Shown here piece after piece: positions 44,602 through 52,507 of a stretch of DNA of 64,000 nt. The position numbers and the translations under genes were made by a program. Under the pieces are notes generated by a model, which made no database searches, had not been told where the DNA came from, and worked only from the letters and a program-made list of their open reading frames with translations. The stretch's first letter is position 1. Each line of letters starts with the position of its first letter. The stretch comes from an uncultured Candidatus Saccharibacteria bacterium (GTDB lineage Bacteria > Patescibacteriota > Minisyncoccia > Sungbacterales > JACQCQ01): contig CAZBTX010000001.1 in NCBI GenBank assembly GCA_964494945.1, positions 67,088 to 131,087 of the forward strand, given 5' to 3'.

Positions 44602-45471
44602 TTAATTCTTTTTAAATGCTCTTAATTTAGCTGACCGGGAACGCGGATTCTCCGTTATTTCGCTGCGTGTGGCTGTTATTGGTTTAGGAGTAAGTATCTC
44701 ACCTTCTGATTTTTTCTGACTCTCTTTAAATATTTGCTTGACTACTCTGTCCTCCCCGGAATGGAAGCTGATGACCGCCAACTTGCCTCCGGGTTTCAAA
44801 GTTTTTATGGCCTCTAAGATACCTTTCTCCGCGTTACCCAGTTCGTCATTCACCGCGATACGCAGGGCCTGGAATATCCTCGTTGCCGGATGAATGCGCC
44901 CTCGCGGTAATATTTTTTCTATCAACGCCGCCAGTTCTTTTGTGGTTTTGATAGCACGATGTCTGCGCTCTTTAACAACTGCTTCGGCAACTCTTCTAGC
45001 TTTCCGTTCTTCGCCGTATGTTTTGAAGATTCGTTCAAGCTCACTTAGCGGCGCGTGATTTATGATGGCTTCGGCTGTTAGTTCTTCATCCTCGGGGTTA
45101 TACCGCATATCCAGCGGCTCATCTCTTTGAAATGAAAATCCTCTGTCGGAAGCCAGATGATAGGAGCTCGTGCCGAGGTCGAAAAGGATTGATGAGGGAT
45201 GGAGCACCCCATTCTCCTTTGCAAGAATCGCTATGTTCGCAAAATTGCCACGAGCCACCATCATCCGGTCTCCGAATTTTTTTAAACGTTCTTTGGTGCC
45301 AGCTAAAATTGATGGGTCTCTATCAATGCCGAGAAGTCGTCCCTTGGGAGCAATACGCTCCAGTAGGACTTCGGCGTGCCCACCGCCGTTGACTGTCGCG
45401 TCAATTACGTCCTCATTTGCTTCTGGGTTCAGATAATGCAGTACTTCTTGTAAAAGAACGGGAGTGTGCAC
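44602..45471 (-). CDS. rsmH: 16S rRNA m4C1402 methyltransferase
   Basis: HTPVLL, DATVNGGGHA, PLDMR, HPATRIFQALRI, NPRSRSAKLR. Confidence 0.98.
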   Translation of the reverse strand: MHTPVLLQEVLHYLNPEANEDVIDATVNGGGHAEVLLERIAPKGRLLGIDRDPSILAGTKERLKKFGDRMMVARGNFANIAILAKENGVLHPSSILFDLGTSSYHLASDRGFSFQRDEPLDMRYNPEDEELTAEAIINHAPLSELERIFKTYGEERKARRVAEAVVKERRHRAIKTTKELAALIEKILPRGRIHPATRIFQALRIAVNDELGNAEKGILEAIKTLKPGGKLAVISFHSGEDRVVKQIFKESQKKSEGEILTPKPITATRSEITENPRSRSAKLRAFKKN

Positions 45472-45558
45472 AGTTTAATCAGTTACGCTTCGCTACAGTT
45501 TAATCAGTTAATCAGTTTCTAATCTAACTCGTTAAACTCATTAAACTGATTAAACTCA

Positions 45559-45993
45559 TTAACTACTCCCCAGCTCGCCTAATCGCTCCGCGATTTCTTG
45601 TGTGTTCTCACCTATTTTGGCTTTGTGCTCCTGCCATCTCTGGTCACTCCATATCTCAACCCGGTCATAGAGCCCCACGACGACCGCCTGATTTTTAATA
45701 TCCGCGTGACCCCTAAGGTATTCGGGAATTAAGATACGGCCCTGCGAATCAATCTCGGCATCCGAGGCCCCGCCCAGCATATGCCGTGAGAAAGCCCGTG
45801 AATCGGCTTGGGTGATCGGCAGCTTTGCGATTTTTTCCGCGAGTTTCGCCCACTCTTCGGCCGGGAAAAGATAGAGGTGCGGGTCAATACCACGCGTTAC
45901 CACCACCCCTTCTTGAAGCAATTTGCGAAATTTGGCCGGGATTGCCATTCGCCCTTTGTTATCTACCGAATGTGCGTATTCGCCAATAAACAT
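45559..45993 (-). CDS. mraZ: Transcriptional regulator MraZ
   Basis: MFIGEYAHSVDNKGRMAIP and DSQGRILIP. Confidence 0.98.
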   Translation of the reverse strand: MFIGEYAHSVDNKGRMAIPAKFRKLLQEGVVVTRGIDPHLYLFPAEEWAKLAEKIAKLPITQADSRAFSRHMLGGASDAEIDSQGRILIPEYLRGHADIKNQAVVVGLYDRVEIWSDQRWQEHKAKIGENTQEIAERLGELGSS

Positions 45994-46020
45994 AAGGGCT
46001 TATCCACAGATTTACTTATT

Positions 46021-46060
46021 TATCCCCACCTTTATCCACAATTCACCACTTATTCCCAGT
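46021..46060 (-). promoter_or_regulatory. MraZ-binding direct repeats
   Basis: Minus strand CTGG/GTGG/GTGG/GTGG at exact 10-bp spacing upstream of mraZ. Confidence 0.75.
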
Positions 46061-46176
46061 ATTATGTTTCACTCCCCCATTGTCAAACATTTCACGCTGA
46101 ATTCTGATAAAAACAAAAAATGGCTTAATTGAGCCAATTTTTATAAAAACTCTATTGACTAATTCACAGGTTTTCC

Positions 46177-46318
46177 ACCCCGTTAGAAGTCCGCTTTCAC
46201 TATAGGAATAACTTTCTAGTGATGAAGCCAATATTGTGCTAGGACATCTTTTTTGATTTTAAGACGCAAAAGAAAGCGGCAGCCCCGACGTGACGTGGGG
46301 GCTTACTTCTAACGGGGT
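46177..46318. mobile_element. CCCGTTAGA-family MITE/REP-like element at the island border
   Basis: ACCCCGTTAGAAGT / ACTTCTAACGGGGT perfect 14-bp inverted repeat; inner CCGCTTTC/GAAAGCGG. Confidence 0.6.
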
Positions 46319-46346
46319 CCACTCTACTAAAACTAGCTAAGTTCAA

Positions 46347-46451
46347 TTGACAATCTTTTATCCTATGCTTAGCTATAGCCAGTTCATTTCACAACCCTCC
46401 TTCTTAGCTGGAAGTGCCGTTAGAACAACGACCTTTCCACCCTGAGGAGGA
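46347..46451 (+). promoter_or_regulatory. Promoter and structured SD-sequestering leader, copy 1
   Basis: TTGACA at 46347; 22-nt block identical to copy 2; boxA-like GTTCATTTCACAA; TCCTTCTTAG pairs with CTGAGGAGGA. Confidence 0.7.
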
Positions 46452-46459
46452 ACTCAATA

Positions 46460-46645
46460 ATGCCAATCAGTAAGAACCGTCAACAGATGATCGGCCTCCG
46501 CCGGCTGAACGCACTGCTGAGAGTTCTCAGCTCGGCTCGCAAGGCAATTCGCCACTTCCAGCAGGGCCGTGAGGCGTGGGGGCGAGCCGCTCTCGCAGAG
46601 CTGGAACGGAATCTCCAGAGCCCGAACCTACCGAAACAGAAGTGA
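46460..46645 (+). CDS. Small basic hypothetical protein
   Basis: GAGGAGG SD; first ORF after leader 1. Confidence 0.7.
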   Translation: MPISKNRQQMIGLRRLNALLRVLSSARKAIRHFQQGREAWGRAALAELERNLQSPNLPKQK

Positions 46646-46658
46646 GAGGAAACCTCTA

Positions 46659-46904
46659 ATGCCCAACTTCAATGCCGGATACCGGAGAATTGCCGAGTGC
46701 ATCTTTTTCTCGGGCATCGACGAACGCCGTTTGCTTACCCTCGCGACTTATCGCAAGAGCAAGACCTTCGCTGACGTTCGAATCGCAGTCGAAAAAGCAA
46801 AAGCAAGCTGGCACCGGAGACCGTTCAGAGATGTAGAGACACGCATCAGCGATGCGATTCGCGAAGTGGTGATCCCGAACGCCGCCGCATGCAAGGAAGA
46901 TTAG
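46659..46904 (+). CDS. Hypothetical protein (MPNFNAGY..., 81 aa)
   Basis: GAGAGG SD before ATG 46659, within the track ORF 46569-46904. Confidence 0.65.
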   Translation: MPNFNAGYRRIAECIFFSGIDERRLLTLATYRKSKTFADVRIAVEKAKASWHRRPFRDVETRISDAIREVVIPNAAACKED

Positions 46905-46939
46905 CAACCGCACGACCTTTCCACCCTGAGGAGGATTAA

Positions 46940-47257
46940 ATGAGATTGAGAATTGAAACCGGAGGTATACCCGTCACCGGATACGAAGTTCACGCACGGC
47001 TTCGGGGAGGACGCATTGTCTTCCGTATCTGGGATGGACAGAGGAACTCCTACGCGACAGATGAGATCACGGGGGCCGACGCGTGTGGCCGCTTGATCCG
47101 GTTTGAAGGCCGGCGAAATAAGCGGCTAACTCCCGCCGAAGCATCGCGGCGCGTGCAGAATGCAAAGGAGGACGGCTTCGAGTCGCCCTTCGTGACGTCT
47201 GGTGAGCTTCGTGATCCTTGGAAACAAGAAGGTCGACAAATAAGGCGCGGCATCTAG
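46940..47257 (+). CDS. Hypothetical protein
   Basis: Preceded by GACCTTTCCACCCTGAGGAGG and followed by the conserved 3' hairpin. Confidence 0.7.
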   Translation: MRLRIETGGIPVTGYEVHARLRGGRIVFRIWDGQRNSYATDEITGADACGRLIRFEGRRNKRLTPAEASRRVQNAKEDGFESPFVTSGELRDPWKQEGRQIRRGI

Positions 47258-47314
47258 AGCCGCCCACTGCAAACGGGAAGCCGCCCATGCAGTACGGGCG
47301 GCTTCTTCTTTTTT
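47258..47314 (+). terminator. Conserved 3' element / intrinsic terminator, copy 1
   Basis: GAAGCCGCCC-atgcagtac-GGGCGGCTTC followed by a T tract; about 50 nt nearly duplicated at 48565. Confidence 0.8.
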
Positions 47315-47320
47315 CTAAAA

Positions 47321-47410
47321 TATGCTTAGCTATAGCCAGTTCGTTTGACAAACCCTCCTTCTTAGTTGGAAGCGCCTCTAACCAAGAGACCTTTCCACCC
47401 TGAGAAGGAG
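47321..47410 (+). promoter_or_regulatory. Structured SD-sequestering leader, copy 2
   Basis: TATGCTTAGCTATAGCCAGTTC identical to copy 1; boxA-like GTTCGTTTGACAA; CTCCTTCTTAG pairs 11/11 (one G-U) with CTGAGAAGGAG. Confidence 0.7.
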
Positions 47411-47420
47411 AAGCTGGCAG

Positions 47421-47735
47421 ATGTCATTCAATGCCCTCCAGGAGATCCGCAAGCGGCGAGCAAGACATTCATTTTTCAGGGCATCCAGAGAAGCAAGAAA
47501 GGACAGAGCGAAGGGTTATAGGGTCATCTCAATTAGTCTCTATAACCAGCAAGCCGAAGCCGTTGACTGGGCAATGAACGTCCTACGCCGCGCCGGATAC
47601 CTCAACGCGAGCCGTTCGTTCGTCATACAGACCCTCATTGAACAGTGTCTTGAGGGTAAGAGCCCGAGAGAAATAGAGCGGTTCTTCGAGGGGCGCAGGA
47701 TGAATTTGCTAAAGCCGCGCTCACGCAAGAAATAA
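47421..47735 (+). CDS. Ribbon-helix-helix-like DNA-binding protein
   Basis: Strand RVISISL, helix QQAEAVDWAMNVL, then SRSFVIQTLIE matching the RHH SRSxxIRxxI pattern. Confidence 0.55.
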   Translation: MSFNALQEIRKRRARHSFFRASREARKDRAKGYRVISISLYNQQAEAVDWAMNVLRRAGYLNASRSFVIQTLIEQCLEGKSPREIERFFEGRRMNLLKPRSRKK

Positions 47736-47746
47736 AGGAGGTAGCC

Positions 47747-48055
47747 GTGAGTGAGATTGTATCGCCGTGTAACGGTCTAGCGCGATGCTTCCGCCACCAA
47801 ACTAGATGCTCACGAATCGTGCTGACATCGCGGGAAGAGTATGCCGCACGCCAGCGCCGCAAAACGAGGCGCCGTCGTCTCTGGCGCATAATCCGTGAGC
47901 ATTATCGGGTCGGCGTAAAGTGGGGGCTAGACCCCATCCCGCACCGATACCACCTACAGGCGGTTCTCCTGATGGAGCGGGTGCGTGGTGAAGAGGAGCT
48001 ACGACAGCGTTTAGTAGCCAGCGGGCACATGGCACCCGAAAAAGAAGTAAGCTAA
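47747..48055 (+). CDS. Arg-rich hypothetical protein
   Basis: AAGGAGGT SD before GTG. Confidence 0.65.
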   Translation: MSEIVSPCNGLARCFRHQTRCSRIVLTSREEYAARQRRKTRRRRLWRIIREHYRVGVKWGLDPIPHRYHLQAVLLMERVRGEEELRQRLVASGHMAPEKEVS

Positions 48056-48109
48056 TAAGACCAATCCCGCAACGAGGAGAAGTTCTTCCGCCATGAGGAG
48101 GACAAGACA

Positions 48110-48499
48110 ATGAAGGCCACGTTGATAGAGTTCCCGTACAGCGTTGATACCGGTGATGAGTGCAAGGGGCCCCGGCGCCATACAGTGAAGTGCGGTGCCA
48201 TTCTCTTCGAGGATGGCGAACATAAGGTGCTCTTCCTCCAAGGCACTTACGACAGGCAGGGTGCGTTCTTCCATGTCACTGAGATGGAAGATGGCCGCCC
48301 CAAACTTGAGGGACACCTCTGGGATTATCGTGCGCCAGACGGTCCGGTGACCTCAATCAGGGAGCTCCCCTTCACTGAGGACCAGATACGTGCAGCGCTC
48401 GCGATGCCCGAGAAGCAGGAGTTGCTCCAGAACATTGCTCGGTCAATCAAGGAGATTGCCAAGCTCTGTGGCGAAACGGTACCAAGAATGAGTTACTAG
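48110..48499 (+). CDS. Hypothetical protein
   Basis: Preceded by the degenerate motif TTCCGCCATGAGGAGG. Confidence 0.7.
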   Translation: MKATLIEFPYSVDTGDECKGPRRHTVKCGAILFEDGEHKVLFLQGTYDRQGAFFHVTEMEDGRPKLEGHLWDYRAPDGPVTSIRELPFTEDQIRAALAMPEKQELLQNIARSIKEIAKLCGETVPRMSY

Positions 48500-48564
48500 A
48501 CCTCGGCATCTCCGAGCTCCGAATGGTCACACACGAGAACTTTCGGCGCAAGAATGCGTTAACA

Positions 48565-48615
48565 AGCCGCCACACTGCAAACGGAAGACCGCCCAGCAGT
48601 ACGGGCGGCTTCTTC
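48565..48615 (+). terminator. Conserved 3' element / terminator, copy 2
   Basis: AGCCGCCACACTGCAAACGGAAGACCGCCCAGCAGTACGGGCGGCTTCTTC. Confidence 0.75.
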
Positions 48616-48666
48616 ATTCTCAACACGTTTTCTAAAGAAATTGTTTAAGTTATTCTGGGGTTATAT

Positions 48667-49131
48667 CTATAACAAAAGATTATCAATAGTATTTATTACA
48701 TACATAGCGTCAGAATGATACTTATATACTTCCGCCAAGGTAACCGTGATTGGTTGTCCATGAGCTAAAGCATTTTTATTTTCTACGATACTATTTAATG
48801 CATCTCGATTTTGTCTTGGAATACTGCGGACAGCGGCTTTCCAGGTCGGATTAAATCTACCCAAGAGTTCCCCAATCTTTTCCGTATCTGGATTACGGAA
48901 ATTATTCCCTAAGGAACTTTTGACAAAATTACTGATTCCATTGTTTCTAATCATGGAAACCATCTCATTTACAATTGTTTCAACAACCTCTTCATAAATT
49001 CCACAAATATAAACCACTAAAAATTTAGCTAAATATGCTTGCTCTAAATGAGAGGCTGAGGTAAAACTTTTAATATCCTTAATAGCATCATCGATCTGGA
49101 GAAGAAGATTACTAGCATTAAGACTTTTCAT
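48667..49131 (-). CDS. HEPN-domain protein (MAE_28990/RiboL-PSP-like)
   Basis: Helical 154-aa protein with ICGIYEE, FRNP and KNALAHG (Rx4H-type motif with K); overlaps the DUF262 gene. Confidence 0.8.
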   Translation of the reverse strand: MKSLNASNLLLQIDDAIKDIKSFTSASHLEQAYLAKFLVVYICGIYEEVVETIVNEMVSMIRNNGISNFVKSSLGNNFRNPDTEKIGELLGRFNPTWKAAVRSIPRQNRDALNSIVENKNALAHGQPITVTLAEVYKYHSDAMYVINTIDNLLL

Positions 49132-50236
49132 AGCCTAGATATTTGATAGCCATCCTAATTCTCCCCTGAACCTTATCTATATCCGTTGTTCCAGTAGAAA
49201 TATAGGATTTAAAACTCTCATTAGTCTTTAGTTTATTGTATTTCTTCTTGAGATCCTGGTCATTTTTATTAAGTAATATAGATGCAACTCCTACAGAAAC
49301 TGCGTCAAAAAGAGCTACATTAATTCCGGCTTTTATTCGGAAAGCATCTTTACCAATTTTCTTATACACAGTATTCATCACTTTAATGAAAATATTTTTA
49401 TATTTTTCTTGATCACCCTCAGATATATTACTTTTACTTTTCATGAAATCGGTTATAAAATCCTTCATAGGTTTTTTATAAGTCCTCCAACCATAATAGA
49501 GTGCAAAAAAACGAAGGATCATCTCTATGTCCTTCATACGTGTGTCTGATGTTGGCCTCTTGAGCAATTTCCTCCAGCTATCACATTGATTTAATGTGTG
49601 AAGAAATGAATTTATTTCTCCCTGAATAACTGCATTCCTTATTTCCTGTTGATTCAAAGGCATACCTCCCGTATTAAGGCGATAAAAAATTTCATAAATA
49701 CTTCTCTTATCTTGTGGATCAATCTGCTCAAAGACTGTGGCACGCAAAACTGTATTATTTAATTTACGTTTATCGGCGTCTGAAAGTTCTGCAAATAGCT
49801 TATTATTCCAAGGAGAATGCACTTCTTTTAGACGAAATGGGGCTCCATTTTCAAATGAACCCCTCAAATAGTACAGAATTGTCTTTAATCTCTGCTGTCC
49901 GTCAACTACAATTAGCTTTTCATCACCTTCTTTATACAGAAATACTTGAGGAACTGGGAGCCCAAGAAGAAATGATTCAATTAATTTACTAGCTTTTCGT
50001 TCGGGCCAAACATATTTTCTCTGAATAGTAGGCACATAGATATCCCCGTTAGAAAGCTGTTTAACCAAAACTTCAAGAGTATAGTCGGCCCCATAGGTCC
50101 TAATCTTATAAGAAGCTACATCTTCTTCTGAATCACGTTCTTCCGATTGGAGTTTCTCCAATACTAAATCCGATGCGGTTTGTTCATCCTCTATAGTATG
50201 CTCTGTTACAATAATTTTAACTCTTTTCTTCTTCAT
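49118..50236 (-). CDS. DUF262 (ParB/Srx-fold, GmrSD N-terminal-like) protein
   Basis: PTIQRKYVW, LIESFLLGLPVP, VVDGQQRL and IFYRLNTGG motifs; visibly AT-rich DNA. Confidence 0.9.
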   Translation of the reverse strand: MKKKRVKIIVTEHTIEDEQTASDLVLEKLQSEERDSEEDVASYKIRTYGADYTLEVLVKQLSNGDIYVPTIQRKYVWPERKASKLIESFLLGLPVPQVFLYKEGDEKLIVVDGQQRLKTILYYLRGSFENGAPFRLKEVHSPWNNKLFAELSDADKRKLNNTVLRATVFEQIDPQDKRSIYEIFYRLNTGGMPLNQQEIRNAVIQGEINSFLHTLNQCDSWRKLLKRPTSDTRMKDIEMILRFFALYYGWRTYKKPMKDFITDFMKSKSNISEGDQEKYKNIFIKVMNTVYKKIGKDAFRIKAGINVALFDAVSVGVASILLNKNDQDLKKKYNKLKTNESFKSYISTGTTDIDKVQGRIRMAIKYLGYEKS

Positions 50237-50239
50237 ACT

Positions 50240-50342
50240 TGTGGGCAGTGCAGGATTCTCACGATGACTATCGGGATCCCGACTTCTTTATTTTATATCT
50301 GAATGTGCGTCGGGAGAACTTTTACGTAGGCACAGGGCCGCC
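50240..50342 (-). pseudogene. Interrupted tRNA 3'-half remnant resembling the adjacent tRNA-Tyr
   Basis: Minus strand GGCCCTGTG...AGTTC[hairpin insert]GAATCCTGCACTGCCCA versus tRNA-Tyr GGCCCTGTGAGTTCGACTCTCACCCTGCCCA. Confidence 0.5.
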
Positions 50343-50357
50343 TGATTTTAATTCTGA

Positions 50358-50442
50358 TGGGCAGGGTGAGAGTCGAACTCACAGGGCCATTTAAGACAGC
50401 GGATTTACAGTCCGCCCCCGCCCCCTACGGGTCTACCTGCCC
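50358..50442 (-). tRNA. tRNA-Tyr(GTA)
   Basis: GGGCAGG/CCTGCCC acceptor, GCGGA-CTGTAAA-TCCGC, long variable arm, GTGAG-TTCGACT-CTCAC; G-rich atypical D arm. Confidence 0.88.
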
Positions 50443-50493
50443 ATATATTATCTAGATTTTTAAGAGCTTCCATAGCCCATACCTTTTGCCAAG

Positions 50494-50776
50494 AGCCGAG
50501 GGCGAGATTCACCTAGACCGCTGACTGCGTCAGCAGTCGGCCAAGGGAACTCGCGACCTGTTTATCCCGTTAGAGCCGACCCCGAGATTCGAACTCGGAA
50601 CCTACGGTTTACAAAACCGTTGCTCTACCATTGAGCTAGGTCGGCTCTAACGGGACTGGCGCAAAACAGTTGCACTGCCTACCGGCGGGCAGGTCTACCG
50701 CTCCGACGTTTAGTCAGAGTCCCGACTTCACTTCTTAAAATTATACAATAGTGCGTCGGGGCTGAGCTAAGGTGGC
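50494..50776 (-). pseudogene. Fragmented tRNA-Thr-like shell with four insertions
   Basis: Pieces in correct order on the minus strand: GCCACCTTAGCTCA, GCGGTAG, GCAACTGTTTTG, AAACAGGTCGCGAGTTC, GAATCTCGCCCTCGGCT. Confidence 0.6.
50574..50645 (-). tRNA. tRNA-Thr(TGT), intact, flanked by CCCGTTAGA-family inverted repeats (50565-50655)
   Basis: GCCGACCTAGCTCAATGGTAGAGCAACGGTTTTGTAAACCGTAGGTTCCGAGTTCGAATCTCGGGGTCGGCT. Confidence 0.95.
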
Positions 50777-50777
50777 G

Positions 50778-51188
50778 CTAATTTTTATGAGGAGCTTCGT
50801 CTTTGGCTTTTAATTCATCCCAGTATTCTGGACCGGGAGTTTGTTCGGCAACGGCTTCGTGCTCATGTGTAACGCCATTTTTGTGCGCTTCGTACCTAAT
50901 GTTCAGAAACTGTATCAGATTGAACAAAACTCTTTCAAGCCGCAAGAGACCAATACGTACCCACCGAAGCGCCCGAAGCGAAACGCAAAATATTGGGTCC
51001 CAATATTCCCCTTCTTTTATCCAGGCCTTAATGCGAAGTACTCTGATATGCAACCTGGCCGACCCCTGGTCAAAGTAATCGTCTATCACTTGCCGGGGTG
51101 TCGCCAACACCATCGGAATTTTCCGCGTAATTACCAACGACGCCCCAACCACTCCAATGATAAATAGTATAAGTAAGAACCAGAGCAT
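50778..51188 (-). CDS. Hypothetical membrane-anchored protein
   Basis: N-terminal TM followed by RKIP; directly downstream of tsf. Confidence 0.7.
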   Translation of the reverse strand: MLWFLLILFIIGVVGASLVITRKIPMVLATPRQVIDDYFDQGSARLHIRVLRIKAWIKEGEYWDPIFCVSLRALRWVRIGLLRLERVLFNLIQFLNIRYEAHKNGVTHEHEAVAEQTPGPEYWDELKAKDEAPHKN

Positions 51189-51192
51189 CCCG

Positions 51193-51690
51193 TTAAATAG
51201 AATAGCGAATAAATTTGCCTACTTTGATATTTTCTCCGAATTTTCCGATAGCCCCCTCGATTAGGTCCGCGATTTTTTTACTGGGGTCTTTAACGAAGGG
51301 CTGGGACAAAAGCGAAACTTCGTCTTTTTCTGAAGCCGGCATGTCGGCAGGCGCTTCTTCCGGTAAGCGATACAAAGGATTCATAGCCGCGATATGCAAG
51401 GCAATGTCGTGAGCTAGCGCTTTGAACTCAGGATTCCTGGCGACAAAATCCGTCTCGCAATTCAATTCCAGCATTACGCCGACTTTGGCGTTCGGGTGGA
51501 GATAAACGTCTATCAAACCGGCTTTGGTGTCACGGCCAGCTTTTTTCTCCGCCATACTGCCAAAGCGCTTCAATAAAACCTTCTCGGCTTTGGCCATATC
51601 ACCTTCGGCTTCTTCCAGGGCCTTTTTGCACTCCATCACCGAAACGCCCGTGCGTTCGCGGAGTTCTTTTATGACGTCGCTTGATGCCAT
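51193..51690 (-). CDS. tsf: Elongation factor Ts (short form)
   Basis: IKELRERTGVSVMECKKAL, ELNCETDFVA; start placed at MASSD to avoid overlap with rpsB. Confidence 0.95.
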   Translation of the reverse strand: MASSDVIKELRERTGVSVMECKKALEEAEGDMAKAEKVLLKRFGSMAEKKAGRDTKAGLIDVYLHPNAKVGVMLELNCETDFVARNPEFKALAHDIALHIAAMNPLYRLPEEAPADMPASEKDEVSLLSQPFVKDPSKKIADLIEGAIGKFGENIKVGKFIRYSI

Positions 51691-51700
51691 TGTATTCAGC

Positions 51701-52507
51701 TTATTTGGCTTCTTCTTTGAGTGCCTCCTTGGCGGCGGCCGCGACTTCTGCTTCTCTTTCTTTAGCAATTACTTCGGCTCGCTTATATTCAGCTTGCCCG
51801 TTTATTGCGGCCTCGGCAAATCTTTCTGCCATATATTGAACCGCTAAACGTGCGTCGTCATTAGACGGAACGGGATACTGAATTGAATTCGGGTCGCAGT
51901 TGGTATCGCAAAGCGCCACTATGGGAATTCGCATGCGCCTGGCTTCTGATACGGCCAGTTTGTCTTGGGTTGTATCAATCACAATCACGGCATCCGGCAT
52001 TTTCTTTAATAGCCGAAGGCCGTTATATGTTTTCAAGAGCGATTGGTATTCGTCGTTGATGCGGGCGCGTTCTTGCTTGGTGTATTTTTCCAGGTCGCCG
52101 GAAGCAGTGCGTTTTTCAATATCTTCCATATCGGCTATGCGTTTGGCGATTACCTTGAAATTGGTAAGCAATCCGCCAACCCAGCGTGAAGATATCCAGG
52201 GCATATTTGTCTTACCGGCTGCCTCGTCAACGGCGGCGCGAGCCGAAGCCCGAGTACCAACCCAAAGTATGAGTCCGCCGCGGGCGGTAATACTTTGGAG
52301 AAATGCTTCGGCTTTGGCCAGATATTCGCGCGTTTTTACCACATCAATTATCTGGACATTGCTTCTGGTGGTAAAGATAAAAGGCCTCATGGCGGGATGG
52401 GTCTTGGATTTGACGTGGCCTACGTGAACCCCCGCCTTCATCAAGGTCTGGAGCTCGTCGTCCGCCAGTAGGTCGTGCTTAAATTCTTGGCCCAAAATGC
52501 TATCCAT
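51701..52507 (-). CDS. rpsB: 30S ribosomal protein S2
   Basis: AGVHVGH, RWVGGLLTNF, DTNCDP, PSNDDA. Confidence 0.97.
   Translation of the reverse strand: MDSILGQEFKHDLLADDELQTLMKAGVHVGHVKSKTHPAMRPFIFTTRSNVQIIDVVKTREYLAKAEAFLQSITARGGLILWVGTRASARAAVDEAAGKTNMPWISSRWVGGLLTNFKVIAKRIADMEDIEKRTASGDLEKYTKQERARINDEYQSLLKTYNGLRLLKKMPDAVIVIDTTQDKLAVSEARRMRIPIVALCDTNCDPNSIQYPVPSNDDARLAVQYMAERFAEAAINGQAEYKRAEVIAKEREAEVAAAAKEALKEEAK

Noticed and set aside
46000-46040. Two TTATCCACA DnaA boxes as oriC
   Set aside because: They coincide with or adjoin the MraZ GTGG repeats; no dnaA/dnaN or larger box cluster is in the window.
46347-48615. Classical integron
   Set aside because: No intI, no clear RYYYAAC/GTTRRRY attC boxes, and the units carry their own promoter-like leaders.
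51193-51690. Short EF-Ts and HhH-less UvrC as pseudogenes
   Set aside because: Reading frames are intact with key motifs; compact forms are plausible in reduced genomes.
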